A stretch of 64,000 nt of DNA from Octopus sinensis (GCF_006345805.1 NW_021835690.1:1-64000), one strand, 5' to 3'. Numbered from the stretch's first letter, positions 39,338-54,345 are shown. Program-made: numbers and translations. Notes: generated by a model from the sequence alone, not told the origin.

Positions 39338-39528
39338 GGCGGAGAGCTGACAGAATTGGTAGCACTCCGGGCAAAATGCTTGACGGCATTTCGCCTGTCT
39401 GCACATTTCGACTCCAAATTCCGCCGAGGTCAACTTTGCCTTTCACCGTTTCGGATAAAATAAGTACCACTGAGGTTGACTTCACTCTTTTCCTGGAATT
39501 GCTGGCCTTGTGCCAAAATATAAACCAA
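39338..39528 (+). mobile_element. Diverged SINE family B, tail type 2
   Basis: GGCGGAGAGCTGACAG..CAAATTCCGCCGAGGTCAACTTTGCCTTTCA..TTGCTGGCCTTGTGCCAAAAT. Confidence 0.75.
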
Positions 39529-40530
39529 TATTTAGGGAGGATGCCTTCTCTGAAATAGAACAATTATTTTTTTTAATTTAGTTCTGGTTATTGATAGACT
39601 TCGAAGCACCGGGGAAAATAGACAATAATAAAAGTAGAAATAAATCATTTTCTTTTTATCTGCAGATGAATCATCGCAGTTTAATTTAAATGTTTCCTCT
39701 CGGGAATATTGTTTTTAAGTTACGGTCTTAAATTGCAAAGTTGCTTTCAGAATGCTATTCTTTAGGATGCCTTTCAGGTTCCACACGCTGGTACCGGTCA
39801 AATATACATCAGTCACATAGTCCGATATCATAAAATACATTTTATTAGAAACCATTATTTATTTTCTATATGTATCAGAAGGAATTAAATGATACTTAAG
39901 AAATGATACACTGGGGAGTTTCGAATTTCAAAATAGATATATTTATGTTGCCTTTGTCCGATTAAGATAAATAACAACAATATTAAAATGAATGAAATAT
40001 TAATGGTACCACTACGGCTACTCTGCTACTCCAACTACTGCTATTCCTTCTTCTTCATCTTCTTCATCTTCTTCGTCTTCATCGTCTTCTCCTCCTTCTT
40101 CTTCTTCGTCTTCTTCCTCTTCTTCTACATCGTCTTCATCATCGTCTGCAATATCACCACCATCTTGATTTCTAGATGATCAAATAAGTACTTGCTATGT
40201 AGTATTGTTGATTGATTAAATTTTGAAATTCTTGTAAACTTAATATTGTTCATTTAATATAGAAATGTCTAGAATATTCTTGCAGAGAGTTCATATTAAT
40301 CATTCCTCGTATAATAATTATTCCTCCTATATAATTTTCATTAATAAAACTCTATTGCTACCCGATATGCCATCACTGAACTTAAACCAGAGCATATACT
40401 TGGATATTTTTCCAACTTCTGTAGTATGTATAATAGTAAAATTTTCGAAAAGGAAACGCGTAGATATCAAATCTCTCATATTTCTAAGATTAACTTCGAG
40501 GTGTGACTTATTTCTTAAAGATAACTATAA

Positions 40531-41700
40531 CACTGGTCAACACAGTTTTTCTACTGGGACAAGAAACCTTCTTTCTTTGCTAATTTTGAGGTGCTGAATC
40601 CAAAAATGGCCTCAATTTTCTCCCATCACGTCAGGTTTGAGCTGTATAAAAAACCCTTTTTTAAGAAAAAAATCGCAAATTTTGACCAAAAATGCTATTG
40701 TGTCCTGATATTTCTAAATACTATTTTTTTAGTTCTTCAAGCTATAACAATGCAAATTGGCATTGAAACAAACACTGTAAACATTACTGTCATGCAAGGA
40801 GAGTGGACGAAAGGTACTCAAATCTCCCTTAAATTTGGGATTCCTATGATATGGCGTGAACCGAAGAATCATCACAATGATTACTACACAAAATACCCAT
40901 ATTTTTATGCTTATGGGACAGCCGTGCCAAAGAACAGCACTGGGTGAAAAAGGTTTGGCCTGTTCGAGAAGAATTGAAAGTCGGGGAGAAAAACGTCATA
41001 AATCTTCCACTTGTGTCAAGAGAGTAAATAGTTTTCCCTCCTCTCCACATAAAACTGGGTTTAATGAAACATTTTGTGAAAGCTCTAGACAAGGAAGGTC
41101 GTTGCTTCGAGTATATTTGTGAAGTATTTCCTGGCCTCAGCGTCGAGAAGCTGAAAGTAGGTGTTCTTGATGGACTTGATATACGAAAACTTATTCAGGA
41201 TAAGACCATTGTAAGCAGTATGACTGTCCTAGAATCAAACGCGTGGAATGCATTCGTAGCTACCGTTAAAAACCTTTGGGGAGTAAGAAGTCAGCGGACT
41301 ATAAGGATCTTGCTGAACATATGCCGACATGCTATCATGCTCTCGAAGCTAACATGAGTATCAAAGTACACTTCCTTCAGTCATCTGGACAGGTTTCCTG
41401 AAAACTGTGATGATGTAAGTGATGAACAAGGAAAGCGTTTTCATCAGGACATCAGTGTAATGGAAGAAAGATATGAAAGACGTTGGGATATTAGAAAGAT
41501 GGCGGACTACTGTTGGGGCATTAAAATGGACAGCCCGGAGAACGATCGTTCACGCCAATCCCGAAAACGAAAATGTATTCCATAGCTGTCAATTTGCTTG
41601 CTGGAATGACTTATGATGATTTGAAGTTCATTACTAAAACGATATTTTCTGACAAATGTGATTTTCTTATATTGTGTTTTCTAATATTTTTCCTTAAATA
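40531..41700 (+). mobile_element. Internally deleted Chapaev3-type (CMC superfamily) DNA transposon with transposase pseudogene
   Basis: Fragments GIPMIWREPKNH, HIKLGLMKHFVKALD, EKLKVGVLDG.DIRKL, KVHFL..HLDRFPEN..VSDEQGKRFHQDISVMEERY..W..MADYCW. The left end is TAA|CACTG; the right end was not found. Confidence 0.8.
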
Positions 41701-41869
41701 GTGGCTTATATTTTTGTTTCTGTCATGAACCTCAAACATGTCCTAGACCTTGTTCTATAGGGAAATTGCAAAGGTAGCCCTACCCCGGCCCGTATTACCC
41801 GATGATAAGGGCACTCTGACCTGGGACAGATCCTGAATCCTTCACGTATCTTTTCATCTATCTATCTAA

Positions 41870-43203
41870 CGATCTTGAATAATGTTAGAGACCATTTGAA
41901 ATACAGCATATTCGCTAATGAGCAAAAAGGATGTAAACGTGGATCCTATGGTTGTAAAGATCAGCTACTCATATATAAGATGATCTTAGAAGATTGTCAC
42001 AAACGACACAAAAACTTGCCTGGATAGACTATAAAAAAAAGCTTTTCATAGCCTACCATATAGCTGGATTAAGAAATGTCTGGAAATGTATAAAATAGCG
42101 CCTACACTGCGAAACTTTTTGTCTGTAAGTATGAGATCATGGAGAACCACACTGACTTTGAACAGTGACAATGAATCTCTAAATGCTGGAGATGTAAACA
42201 TTTCATGTGGCATTTTCCAGGGTGACTCACTATCACCACTCCTCTTTTGTCTTGCCTTAATACCTCTCTCAAAATTGCTCAATGATGCACAGTACGGTTA
42301 TAAATGTTTGATAAAAATATAAACCACCTCATTTACATGGATGATTTAAAGCTCTTTGCAAAAAATGACCAACAACTCAAGGGCTTACTAGCGATTGTTA
42401 AACAATTCAGTGATGACATAAGAATGCAATTCGACCTCGATAAATGTGCAAAAGCTACCTTTATCTGCCAAGAAAAGAGGGAGGCCGTGGACTTTTACAA
42501 CTGGCATTAACAATGAAGATTTCCACAATTGGCCTCGACACCTACCTGAAAAACTTTGAGGACTGGATGTTAAAGCTTTCTCAAAGCACGAAAACAAGAA
42601 AGCATCATACTCAGTAACAAAACAGGCAAAGGAATATCTAAATGAATTCCAAATACAACAAATTCCGGAATTAGACATACGAGAAACAAGCGCAGAAAAA
42701 GTTAAGCTCATGAAAACCCGTTCTAAAACTGCTGCCTTAGATATTCTGACAGATAAATGGCAAGAAAAACCACTCAATAACAAATACCCAAAGAGAGTGA
42801 ATAATGCAGATGTTGACAAAGCCCTGATCCATCAATGGCTAATGGCGTCTGGCTTAAAATCTGAAACAGAAGGGTTTATCATAGCAGCTCAAGATCAATG
42901 CCTACTTACAAGGAACTACCAGGCCAGCATATTAAAGAAAGGCAGTAGCCCAACATGTCGTGTTTGTCAACAATAACATGAAACCATTGATCATGCTGGT
43001 GGACAAGTCTTCTAGCGCCTACAGAGTATCTCAACAGGCATGACAGAGCTGCACAATATATTCACTGGGTAATTTGGAAAAACCTGGACTTGCCCCATGA
43101 TAAAAACACAAACCAACTCCAGTGCTTGAAAATGATCACATATCACTCCTCTGGAACTTCACCATTCAAACAGACAGAAAGATAGGCGCAAATAGGCCAG
43201 ACT
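41870..43203 (+). mobile_element. Dong/R4-clade non-LTR retrotransposon remnant (RT, zinc knuckle, start of RLE)
   Basis: [77 protein letters not shown]; frameshifts and an internal deletion. Confidence 0.88.
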
Positions 43204-43847
43204 ACTAATATTAATAATAGACATAAACTTTCTTCATAAACTAACATTAATATCAAATGTCTGTAACAAGGACTAGATCGTATGACTTAGAAATGTCTAT
43301 TTTCCATAATGAATCAGCGAAACAATTATTTAAGTATCTAAATTAACCTAGAGCTAAGTATTGTTAATTAGTGAAGTAAATTTTCTTTTCCAATTAAACA
43401 TCAGCCGATCACTTTATTGCTTGTCGTCATTACCGTTGTACATTTTATTTTTCTATCGCTGAAATAAACAAAGTTATTAGCAAATATTCAGACGATCCAA
43501 AAGTTTACTCTTTCATTCTTCTCTGTAGGTATATACGTAGGGATTTGTGTGTGTATGTGTGTGTGTGTGAATGTATGTGTACGTATGTATATACGTTTGT
43601 GTGTGCATGTATAGGATGAATTAACCAGTACGTAAATTAGAGCCATAATAACCATAAGAACGAAAGAAGAACAATGTCACACAGTCATTACTCCAGTTTT
43701 TGCGTTGCTTCTGTTCGATACCCAGTTATCGATAAACGTTATACATACGTACAGACACGCATGCAAACACACGCATGCGCATATACATATAAACGCATGT
43801 GTATGTACATGCGTACGGGTTCTTGCAAACAGCAGAACACATGGACG

Positions 43848-44083
43848 GAGAAGAAGAAGAAGAAGAAGAAGAAGAAAAAGAAGAAGAAGGAGGAGGAGGA
43901 GGAGGAAGAGGAGGAGGAGGAGGAGGAGGAGAAGAAGAAGAAGAGGAGGAGGAGGTGGAGGTGGAGGAGGAGGAGGTGGAGGTGGAGGAGGAGGAGGTGG
44001 AAGATGAGGAGGAGGAGGAGTAAGAAGAAGGAGGAGGAGGAGGAGGGGTGGAGAAGAAGAAGAAGAAGAAGAAGAAGAAGAAA
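43848..44083. repeat. (GAA)n/(GGA)n polypurine trinucleotide tract
   Basis: Directly visible. Confidence 0.95.
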
Positions 44084-44809
44084 ATAGCGCTCTTAAAAAT
44101 CTTCGAAAACTGCAATCTTTGATCTAAAGGAATAATGAAAACAACGAAGATAATAAATTCCTGTGTGAAATAAAAGAAAAAAATATATAAAGTAAGTAAA
44201 TATAATAAACATGGAAAAGAAGGAAATAAGCGAAAACTGAAAAGGGCAAAGCTGCAATTAGGATAATACAAATTATTAATAAATGTATTTAATGCCTTCT
44301 ATGTTTTTTTTTTTTTTCGGCGCTTCTTCGGTGTGTTCACTAATCAAACTTATTGGATTCCATGATTAGAAAGAAAGTCGCTTAAAAGCGCCATGTGTTA
44401 TTTGTCGAGGTGTGAATAAGTGGTTTGTTTTCGTTTTTTTTTTAATATATTATCTGTATTAGTCTGAGCATTTACATAAATTTACAAGCATATACATACA
44501 TAAATACTATAACGCACGCATGTACACAAACATGTACATACGTATATACTTAGACATATACGAGTATGTGTGTGTGTGTGGGTGTGTGTGTGTAAGGTCC
44601 ATGACTTCATTTTTGTGTGTTTATGCGCGTTTCTTGTATGTTTGTGACCTCGTGTATAAATTTTACATTTCTCAAAATTTGCTGCATTGCGGGGGAAATA
44701 GGAGACGAAACTGAAGCATTCAGACGGAATAAATGTGTGTGAATCTACATACATATACACACGCACACACACACACACACCACACACACACAAACATGAT
44801 TATATACAT

Positions 44810-45169
44810 ACAAACATATATATATATATGTTATATATATGTATATTATATATATGTATATATATATATGTATATATATATATGTATATATATATATGTA
44901 TATATATATATGTATATATATATATATGTATATATATGTATATATATATATATATGTATTATATATATATATTATATATATATATATGTATATGTGTATA
45001 TATATACATATATATATATGTATGTATGTATATATATATGTATGTATGTATATATATATATGTATGTATGTATATATATATATGTATGTATGTATGTATA
45101 TATATATGTATGTATGTATATATATATGTATGTATGTATATATATATGTATGTATGTATATATATATTG

Positions 45170-45202
<33 letters not shown>

Positions 45203-45251
45203 GTATATAAGCATATTTATATATATATGTATGTATGTATGTATATAAGCA

Positions 45252-45287
<36 letters not shown>

Positions 45288-45290
45288 CAT
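44810..45290. repeat. (TA)n/(TATG)n compound microsatellite
   Basis: Directly visible; similar tracts at 50705-51020 and 63795-64000. Confidence 0.95.
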
Positions 45291-45711
45291 ATATACATAC
45301 AAACATATTGATTCCTTTGTACGAATCGATGGGGAATGGATTAAGTTGCTTTTTGCATCTTCATTTTTAAGTGTATTTAACTATATACAAATTTGATTAG
45401 CCGTATATTAATTTGTGACAACTTTCTGACATGTCTAAGTGTATTGTGTACAAAGGTGCACGCTTGCATATGGTTTTATGTTTCATAGTATAGTGTTTTT
45501 CTATACAGATATATTTCCTGTGTATTTGCATGTCTGTGTGTGGCTTGAAATGCGTTGCGGTGCTGTTGATTCACACTCACTTACAGAATTACTATTTCTT
45601 CGAATTCACTTTTTGTGTTGTTGTTTTTTTTATTTTAGATGCATTCATCTATCAAAATGCATTTGCTTTAATTGTTCGTCTTTAGTCTTTGGTAATATTA
45701 GTTATTATGCA

Positions 45712-45742
<31 letters not shown>

Positions 45743-46010
45743 GTGCATGTGTGTGTGTGTGTGTCTGTGTCTGTGTGTGTCTGTGTGTGTGTATGTGTGT
45801 GTGCGTGTGTGTGTGTTTGCGTGCATGTGTGTGTGTATGTGTGTGTGTGTATGTGTGTGTGTTCGTGTGTGTGTGTGGTGTGTCTGTCTGTCTGTGTATG
45901 TATGTCTGTGTATGTGTGTGTGTGCGTGTGTGCGTGTGTATGCCTGTGTATGTGTGTGTGTGTATGTGTGTGTATGTGTGTGTGCGTGCATGTATGTGCG
46001 TGTGTGTTAC

Positions 46011-46224
46011 GGCAGCGAGCTGCCAGGATCGTTAGCATGCCGAGCAAAACGCAGAGCGGAATTTCGTCCGCCTTCACGTTATGAGTTCAAATACCACCAA
46101 GGTCGACATTGCGTTTTATCCCTTTCGGGGGGGGTCGAAAAAATAAATGCCAGTTGAATACTGGGGTCTATGTAATCCTCTCTCCCCACCCCCGAAATTG
46201 CTGGCCTTGTGCCAAAATTTGAAA
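46011..46224 (+). mobile_element. SINE family B, tail type 2, diverged
   Basis: GGCAGCGAGCTG head; tail TTGCTGGCCTTGTGCCAAAATTTGAAA. Confidence 0.8.
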
Positions 46225-46342
46225 TTGATATCTGTGGTGGTTGTCAGCTTCTTTTCTGACGTGTTATGCTTGTTACACTAAATTCACTGGATTGTTAACA
46301 GGTTTACATGTCTGTTCATCTGCAGAGCAATTCTTTTAGCTT

Positions 46343-46550
46343 TTGTTTGTTTCAGCCATTAGATTTTGAAGAATTTATAGTCGAATGAATCGACCCCAGT
46401 ACGAAACTTTTTTTGCTAAGCATGATACTTATTATATCGGTGTCTTTTGCTGAACCGCTAAATTACTGGGACGTAAACGAACCAGCCCTGGTTGTCAAGC
46501 AATAGTGGGACAAGCATAGACACAAATACACACGCACACACACACACACA
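46343..46550 (-). mobile_element. 3' half of SINE family A
   Basis: GTCGAATGAATCGACCCCAG..GAACCGCTAA..GGTTGTCAAGC. Confidence 0.75.
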
Positions 46551-46570
46551 TACATATAGATATATATATA

Positions 46571-46965
46571 TCTTTATATATAAAAGAGAGGTTGTGTGCT
46601 GTCTGTCTCCTACGATTTAGATTCCTAACTACTCCCACATTTTGCGGTGCAGTTTAACCAAAACCGGGTATCTTATAGTCGTGATTCATATCGAGCCCTT
46701 CTGGATATTAGCGCGCGTCTACGATGAGTTTACGATTTTAAAAAAAAATTACCATTAATTTTTCCCATTTTTAATGCATTTTTAGCATATATAAGGGAAG
46801 TAACTCTCTAAAAATTTATAATTAAATCTCAGAACGTAAAAAGCTACAGTAACACCCCCCCTTGTGGTTAGCCATATTGAGATGGCTATTATACTTTACA
46901 TCTCTAAAAATGCTTATATAGTTATTTCCCTTACAAACCCGAGCAACGCCGGGCGATACCTCTAG
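46571..46965 (+). mobile_element. Non-autonomous Helitron, second copy
   Basis: A|TC...CCCGAGCAACGCCGGG..CTAG|T; reverse complement of 36446-36838. Confidence 0.88.
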
Positions 46966-46985
46966 TATATATATATATATATATA

Positions 46986-47207
46986 TAACAATAATTATTT
47001 AATATTAATAATAATATTTAATAATAACGAAATACATGTCGTTATTCTACCAAATATATACGTTTTTATTATTATTTTGCAATTTACTTAATCATCGGTA
47101 TATTATTGTTATTTTAATTTCATTATATGTAATTTCTATTATATGTAATTTTCTAGATGGTGTAATTTAATTGTTCATTTTGAATTGATAAAAGGTGTTT
47201 TTTCCTA

Positions 47208-47247
<40 letters not shown>

Positions 47248-47487
47248 TATAATATATATATATATAACAATAATATTTAATATTAATAACAATATTTAAT
47301 AATAACGAAATACATGTCGTTATTCTACCAAATATATACGTTTTTATTATTATTTTGCAATTTACTTAATCATCGGTATATTATTGTTATTTTAATTCAT
47401 TATATGTAATTCTATTATATGTAATTTTCTAGATGGTGTAATTTAATTGTTCATTTTGAATTGATAAAAGGTGTTTTTTCCTAATTT
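46986..47487 (+). repeat. Two near-identical ~224 bp units separated by (TA)n
   Basis: 46986-47211 matches 47265-47487; each contains GAAA-tacatg-TC, a possible hammerhead 3' half. Confidence 0.85.
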
Positions 47488-48467
47488 ATATATATATATA
47501 TATATTATATATATATATATATAGATATATATATATATATATTTACATGTGAAGTAAAAGCAACTCTAGCGTAATAAATATTATTAAGTACATATACCAA
47601 TGTAAATGCTTTGAGTATTTTTGCAGTGACTGCAATGGCGTAGCGAAGTATATAAACTCTCATGTCACCGCTGTTAAAAAAAAATTCAGTTATTGACAGG
47701 CGAGATAACCCACTGCCAATACCAGCTCATGAATTGTAAATTTTCATATTTAAATTTTCATATGTAAATTTTCATATGTCAATTTTCGTATGTAAATTTT
47801 CTCTTACGTATGCAATTTCCGGCGATACCAGCTCATGATTTTACAAGCCATGAGCATATTAGTCGTGGACTGCCCAGGTGATTCGCCTTCAACACACAGC
47901 CACGCCTTCCTTCAGTATGTCACTTAGTTGATGGCATAAAAGATAGACAAGGATATTAGATGCATCCCAACTTCCACTTTGCATATTCACTTAAATTAGG
48001 TTTTAGCGCATTAAAATATGTAATATACGTTTAGCTTCTTATATAAGACCAGTTTTTGATTTTTTACTTGTTATTGAGCGTGGGAATACTACATATTATA
48101 TGCCATCAAATAGGATGCCCTTCTCGACAAAGGTATCCGCTTAGACCTGGTTATCATTTATTGAGTCATCGTCCCTTCCGCTGACAACTTCATTCGCATG
48201 AAGATTATCTTCATGATTTTCACCATCATTGTCATCATTGCTATAGTAATTTTTTTCTTATTATCGTTATCTTCGTTATCATCATTTTTGTCAGCAACCT
48301 CAACATTGTTATCACCACTATTACTCACCATCACCATCTTTATCGCTGTTACCATCATCATTATCATCAAAGTAATAATAGCAACAACGACAACAACAGC
48401 AAGAACAACAACAACAACAATAATAATAATACTAATGATGATGATGATGATGATGATAATAATAATA

Positions 48468-49244
48468 TGCCCTGATGCAGTACCAGGCAGTGGCTCTCAT
48501 GGCTTGTGATCTTAACTGATTGGAAGTGTTATCATGTACATTGTTTTGTCTTGGTATAAAAGATGGGCTACAGCAAATATTCTGCTCAATACCACAGATT
48601 TGCTTGTCAGTTGTTTGACCTTAGCCAGTTGAGCATGTAACTTGGTGGCTGACGATATGTGCATCTCTGACCACGAGCAGAAGTAATGGAGGAGCATCAT
48701 AGCCATGAGTCGAGGGGAATTCTTTGGGGTTTTAATAATTCACGTTTGGAGACATGGGTGTTTCGTTCAACATCCTTAAACAACCCTTATTAAGGAACAT
48801 CTTGAGCGGGATAGGTTACTCGAGCTTGGAGAAATGTTAGCACGCCAGGCGAGATGCGTAGCCGTATTTCGTCTGCCGTTACGTTCTGAGTTCAAATTCC
48901 GCCGAGGTTGACTTTGCCTGTCATCCTTTCGGGGTCGATTAAATAAGTACCAGTTACGCATTGGGGTCGATATAATTGACTTAATCCGTTTGTCTGTCCT
49001 TGTTTGTACTCTCTGTGTTTAGCCCCTTGTGGGTAGTAAAGAAATAGGTTACTCGACCTGAAGAAAATTCTAACTGGGCCCCACCTGCAAGTTCATGCGC
49101 TGTTAATCTTGATACGTGATAACCATGTGCACATAAGGTTGTGATGCATGTACCCTTATCAGACGGGTAGTCATGATGGGTATACTGGGCTTCATATATT
49201 TTACCCCAGTGTCACTTTGATGGCATGCACTGTTCTCTCACTCA
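48468..49244. mobile_element. Unclassified ~540 bp interspersed element between (TAA)n tracts, split by a SINE B
   Basis: Higher-GC non-coding block bounded by ATAATAATA on both sides; single copy in the window, so the class is inferred. Confidence 0.45.
48824..49043 (+). mobile_element. SINE family B with 13 bp TSD
   Basis: ATAGGTTACTCGA at 48811-48823 and 49044-49056. Confidence 0.9.
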
Positions 49245-49696
49245 ATAATAATATTATTTTTATCATTGCCAACCTAATGTACATTATCTGGCCATTATCG
49301 GGATGATTATTATCACCAATATCATCATCATTAATTTTCAGACATCTATCGTCTTCGATATCCAATTCTTTTCTTCCGTGTTTATGCAAGGTTGACTATC
49401 AGAATAATATAACTTCATCGCGGTAGAGGCTGTAAATGGCGTGATTATTGCTTCTTCTTACAGAGAAACGAAGGCATACATGTGAGTGTGTGTGTGTGTG
49501 AGAGAGAGAGAGTGTGTGTGCGTGTGCGTGTGTGTATATGTGTGTATATATATGTATATATAGTGACTGTTTCTTCGTATACAAGCTAGAATCAATGAAA
49601 TGAGCCATTGATAAGGCAATGTGAGGCCATTATATGTCTCTTGAGTCCTACCAAAGATTTGCACACTTTATTGTATAATGCACAATTATGAACAAT

Positions 49697-49947
49697 TATT
49701 GAACAATTATGGTGCATTTTAGAAAACCAAGTAAGGAATTGATATCCTTCACCATCATCACTACAAGAACTGGAGACTGTTTTAGCTGAAGAATGGAGAA
49801 AAATTCCTTTGGAAACAATTCAGACTTTGTACGAGTCCATACCTCGAAGAATTCAAGCTTTGATTACTGCCAAAGGCGGTTCTACCCTATATTAAAATTA
49901 ATTAGTTTGACATTTTAAGGTGTTTCCATTATTTTGTCCAACCCCTG
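49697..49947 (+). mobile_element. Tc1 transposon 3' fragment with right TIR
   Basis: ELETVLAEEWRKIPLETIQTLYESIPRRIQALITAKGGSTLY*; ends ..TTTTGTCCAACCCCTG|TA. Confidence 0.85.
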
Positions 49948-49965
49948 TATATATACGCATATATA

Positions 49966-50016
<51 letters not shown>

Positions 50017-50772
50017 ACATATATATATATATACTTATCAGGCAGCCTTGTCTACAGTAAGTTCTTACATTTATTTATAATTTCTGCAATTCCACACTCT
50101 GTTTCCTTTCTTTCTCCCTATCTCTCAATAATCCTCTTTATTTTCCGTTTCTCTCCATCGTTCTATGCTGTCCCCTGTCTTTCTTCCACTCCCTATTATC
50201 TTTCGTTCCTTCTCTTTTCTCCTGACTCTGCTTCTTTCCCTCATTCTCCTTCTTGTCCCCATTCTTACACGTCACTACAGGCCATTTCTCTCACCTCTGT
50301 CTTTTTCTGGACTAGACGTCCACTTTTCTGGACGCGACGTCCCTCTTGCTGGACGTCATTTCTCTCGCTTCCCGAAATTCTTCTCCTCTGCTATTTTCTT
50401 CTCTTCTATTTATTCTATCCTTTCAAAATTTCTCCCAGACGTTACCCATTACAATGCATCTTGGCCTAATTACCCTAAATGTTTGTCTTCGTTGATTGTT
50501 TACTCTGTACGTCCACCTTGTTGTTGTTTTTTCGTTCGAAGCCCTAACTCTCCACAAATTTTATATTTATTTTCAAAATTTCTGCATGCTGCTGTCTTAA
50601 CTGAGGAGGAGTTACACTTCTTTTGGTATTTTGCCCCGTACCTGTCTCTCATCATGTGTTTACGTATTCTCATTCGATGTCGATGTTCTTATTGTGTATT
50701 TTTATTTATGTATATATACACATATATGCGTGCGTGTACATATAGATATATATGTATATGTATGTATATATA

Positions 50773-50841
<69 letters not shown>

Positions 50842-50972
50842 GAATATATACATATGTATGTATATGTATATATACATATATATACATATACATATGTATG
50901 TATATGTATATATACATATATATACGTATACATATACGTATATACATGTATATATGTATATATACGTATACT

Positions 50973-51022
<50 letters not shown>

Positions 51023-51058
51023 AATTGATCAAAATAAAAACATGATGCCAAGGATTCA

Positions 51059-51136
51059 GCGGTACATATGTTTCGGGCCTTTATTAGACAGATTTATAAC
51101 AATGCATAATGTATGTCTGTGGCCTTCTTCAGCCGC
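51059..51136 (-). ncRNA. Type I hammerhead ribozyme motif
   Basis: gcgg-CTGAAGA-aggcc...ggccc-GAAA-catatg-TA-ccgc on the minus strand. Confidence 0.82.
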
Positions 51137-51793
51137 GTACAACAACTTCCACAAGGACATGTGTTACATCAAAAATTCTTGGTTGGGGATGCAAATCCTC
51201 TCATTCGCGTACGACATAATGCGGCAGCAGCATAGAATTGAAGCGTCCATCTCGTTCTCACCATGTTTGGTCCGTAACCACTATACATCCCTTATCCTTA
51301 TATATTTTTTTTATTATTTTTATTTCTATTTTTATTCCTATTTTTATTTTTTTGCTTTTATTTTTATTTTTATTTCTATTTCTATTTTTACTTTATAACT
51401 TGATACCTTTATATTCATTTATATTTTTTTATATTCTTTATACCCCCTTATATCTCCTTATATCTCTTTATATCTTTATACTCTACACTTTTACATTTTT
51501 CTATACTTACACTTTTTCTATATTTTTTATCCTTCGTCCTGAATTCTCGCCCCTCCATCTTTACCCCTATTTACTCTTATCACCAGGTCCCTTCACGTCT
51601 ATATATGTATTTATTTGTTAATTTATTTACATTACTTCAACATCTAAATTCCCTCATTCTACATTGAGAGAAGAACGAGATGGACGCTTCAATTCTATGC
51701 TGCTGCCGCATTATGTCGTACGCGAATGAGAGGATTTGCATCCCCAACCAAGAATTTTTGATGTAACACATGTCCTTGTGGAAGTTGTTGTGT

Positions 51794-51871
51794 GCGGCTG
51801 AAGAAGGCCACAGACATACATTATGCATTGTTATAAATCTGTCTAATAAAGGCCCGAAACATATGTACCGC
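51794..51871 (+). ncRNA. Type I hammerhead ribozyme motif
   Basis: gcgg-CTGAAGA-aggcc...ggccc-GAAA-catatg-TA-ccgc. Confidence 0.82.
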
Positions 51872-52070
51872 TGAATCCTTGGCATCATGTTTTTATTTTG
51901 ATCAATTTACTCCTCCACCTACACCACCAAACGGTATATACAGGTGCTTACAATTATCAAGTACTCACCCCGAATTTCTATATGTATATATATTTATATA
52001 TACATATATATGCATATATATATGTATATATATATATATATATACATATATATGTGTATATATATATGTA

Positions 52071-52125
<55 letters not shown>

Positions 52126-54345
52126 GTAAAATCTTTACAAGTGAAAGTCGAGAGTGCCTTCGATGATTCGACTCGCTCACTGTCGAACTTTTCTTTACTC
52201 TTCTAAAACGTACTAAGTCTTTATTTCCATGTATAATTGCACTTTCTTTAACTTAACATAAAGACTGTCTGTATGTAAATCAGACATATATGTGTGAAAA
52301 TCCAACTCCAATCAAGAGTTAGAGCAGCTTCATCCCTTTAGATAAATATAATTGATTGGAGAAATATTATTCATAACACGATAACTTAAAAGCAATTCTA
52401 AATATCGGCTTTTAATTTGAGGGATGACATTTTCAATTGTAAAACCAAATATAGAAACTAAATAATATCAGTATTAAAAAGAAAATTATATAAAACCCTA
52501 TCAAATTGAGCAGTATTCAACTTTCCAGCTCACATGTCCCATATTCTACAAAGCACCTATAATGCACACTTTTTCGAGTTGCATCCTTAGTTTGAGAGTG
52601 TTGTTTCTCATACACGCTCTATGCTGGTGTACATGCGAAACGCGTTGACAAAGTCTCGTTCTCACAACTAAAACCTTAGAAACTCGCTATTTCACTTGTA
52701 TCTTCTTTCAGTACAAAAATGGCTTTCGCAAGTCATAAATTAAGATATTGATATTAATATCACTCCTTTAATATCTTGGACAGTTCTCCATGAAACAAAA
52801 GTGCAATTTACACCCAAAGCAAATATGAGAGTTTCTCTCGTGGTATCTACTGCAGTATACTTTGTTCTAACACAACATCTACGTTTAAGTGGAGACAGAT
52901 ATTAACTCTCCTGGCTGTGTATTATTTTTCTAACTCTTCATTATATACTTGCAGGCTCTTTAATTACAGAACACACCACGGACTTCATAACCTTTAGCAG
53001 ATACTTCGGTTCACTTGGCTCTGACTGCTTGCCAGTTTTTAAAATGTCTACACAATTATTCATTTTATGTTATTTATTCCATTTGCTGGTGATAAATCCA
53101 AATGTAGTGTATAATCGATATTCGATGTTTTTCTTCCTTTTTAGAGAGAGAGAGAGAGAGAGATGTGTTCGTCTTTTTGCATGTCACGTTTCTTACGTTT
53201 GAACAATGCAACAGAATTTATAATTCTCTGAAGAAAGTGTTGAATTAATCACGCACATCAATCTAACAAGTGAACGGTTTAGATTTGAAACTTTCATTCA
53301 ATGTTATTTTTTGCTTTATTTTATAGTTATATTTTTTTGTTATATTAGTTTACATTATTTTCAGTATTTAGATTTATTTTCTTTCATAAATGTGCGTCCG
53401 TAATTAAAGCTGCTTTGATATCAGTCTCCAATAATCTCTTTAATCAATATGAAATGGCTTTGGAATTCCCATTATCATCCGAGATAAAAACGATTATTTT
53501 TAATATTATTGATTAATATTATCTTTATGATTATCATCATCATCGACATTATAATAACAATGTACTACCCACTTCAACATTGTTGTTATTAATAGTAGCA
53601 AGACCGTAGTAAATTATTTATTAATGTTTTTTTTTACTTTCTGTTGATATGTATTTATTAAATTTTTGTACTTGATTGAAAATTTCAAAAATTTAAATTC
53701 ATTTTAAAATAGTCAAAGTTCTATATAGAAGAAAAAATTCTATGTAGAATTCTATTCTAAATAAAAAGAAATATACTACACCATTTTTGTATCAATAATG
53801 CTTTGATAAAGGTCTTTTAAAACGATGCTGTTAACAGCATGAGGACAGCTTAATTGCAGGCAACGAGCCATGCACAAAAATTTAATTTGAACTGTATCTG
53901 GTATAATCTTCATATTTAAACAATATTTCAGTCTTGGAATGAGAAATAAGAAAATGAAGAATTACTAACACGTTACGAAACTAGCAGATCGCTATGCATT
54001 TACAATACAGAGAGGCATTGTAACTCATTATAATACAGCAAAATAATATTGAGTAGAACGGCAGACGGCCCTAAAATAATATTGCTTATCTCTAACGTGT
54101 TTCAGTTAGCGGGCTGTTCTCATGCTGGAGTATCGTCATGGCTTCTTAGTGGAACAAATCGACGCCAGTAGTCAGACTCTGAAGCCTTGCATTTATTCTG
54201 TCCATCTCTTTTGGTCAACCACTTCGTTACGAGGCGTAAGCAAACCAACATCGGTTGTCTAGTGGGGCTGGGGACAAACACAGGTATTAAAACACAGACA
54301 CACACACACACACATATATACAGACGTATATATGCAAATAAGAAT

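Larger units (their letters stand above)
51022..51908. mobile_element. Penelope-like locus with ~238 bp inverted arms, each with a hammerhead
   Basis: 51022-51258 is the reverse complement of ~51672-51908; TA tracts flank. Confidence 0.8.

Noticed and set aside
46986-47487. Tandem unit as a confident retrozyme dimer
   Set aside because: Only a weak 3' half motif is present, and near-identity across a TA tract could be an assembly duplication.
52480-53050. Coding-like minus-strand stretch including a CRIWD motif
   Set aside because: Many stops and no coherent recognisable protein; a pseudogene call is not supportable.
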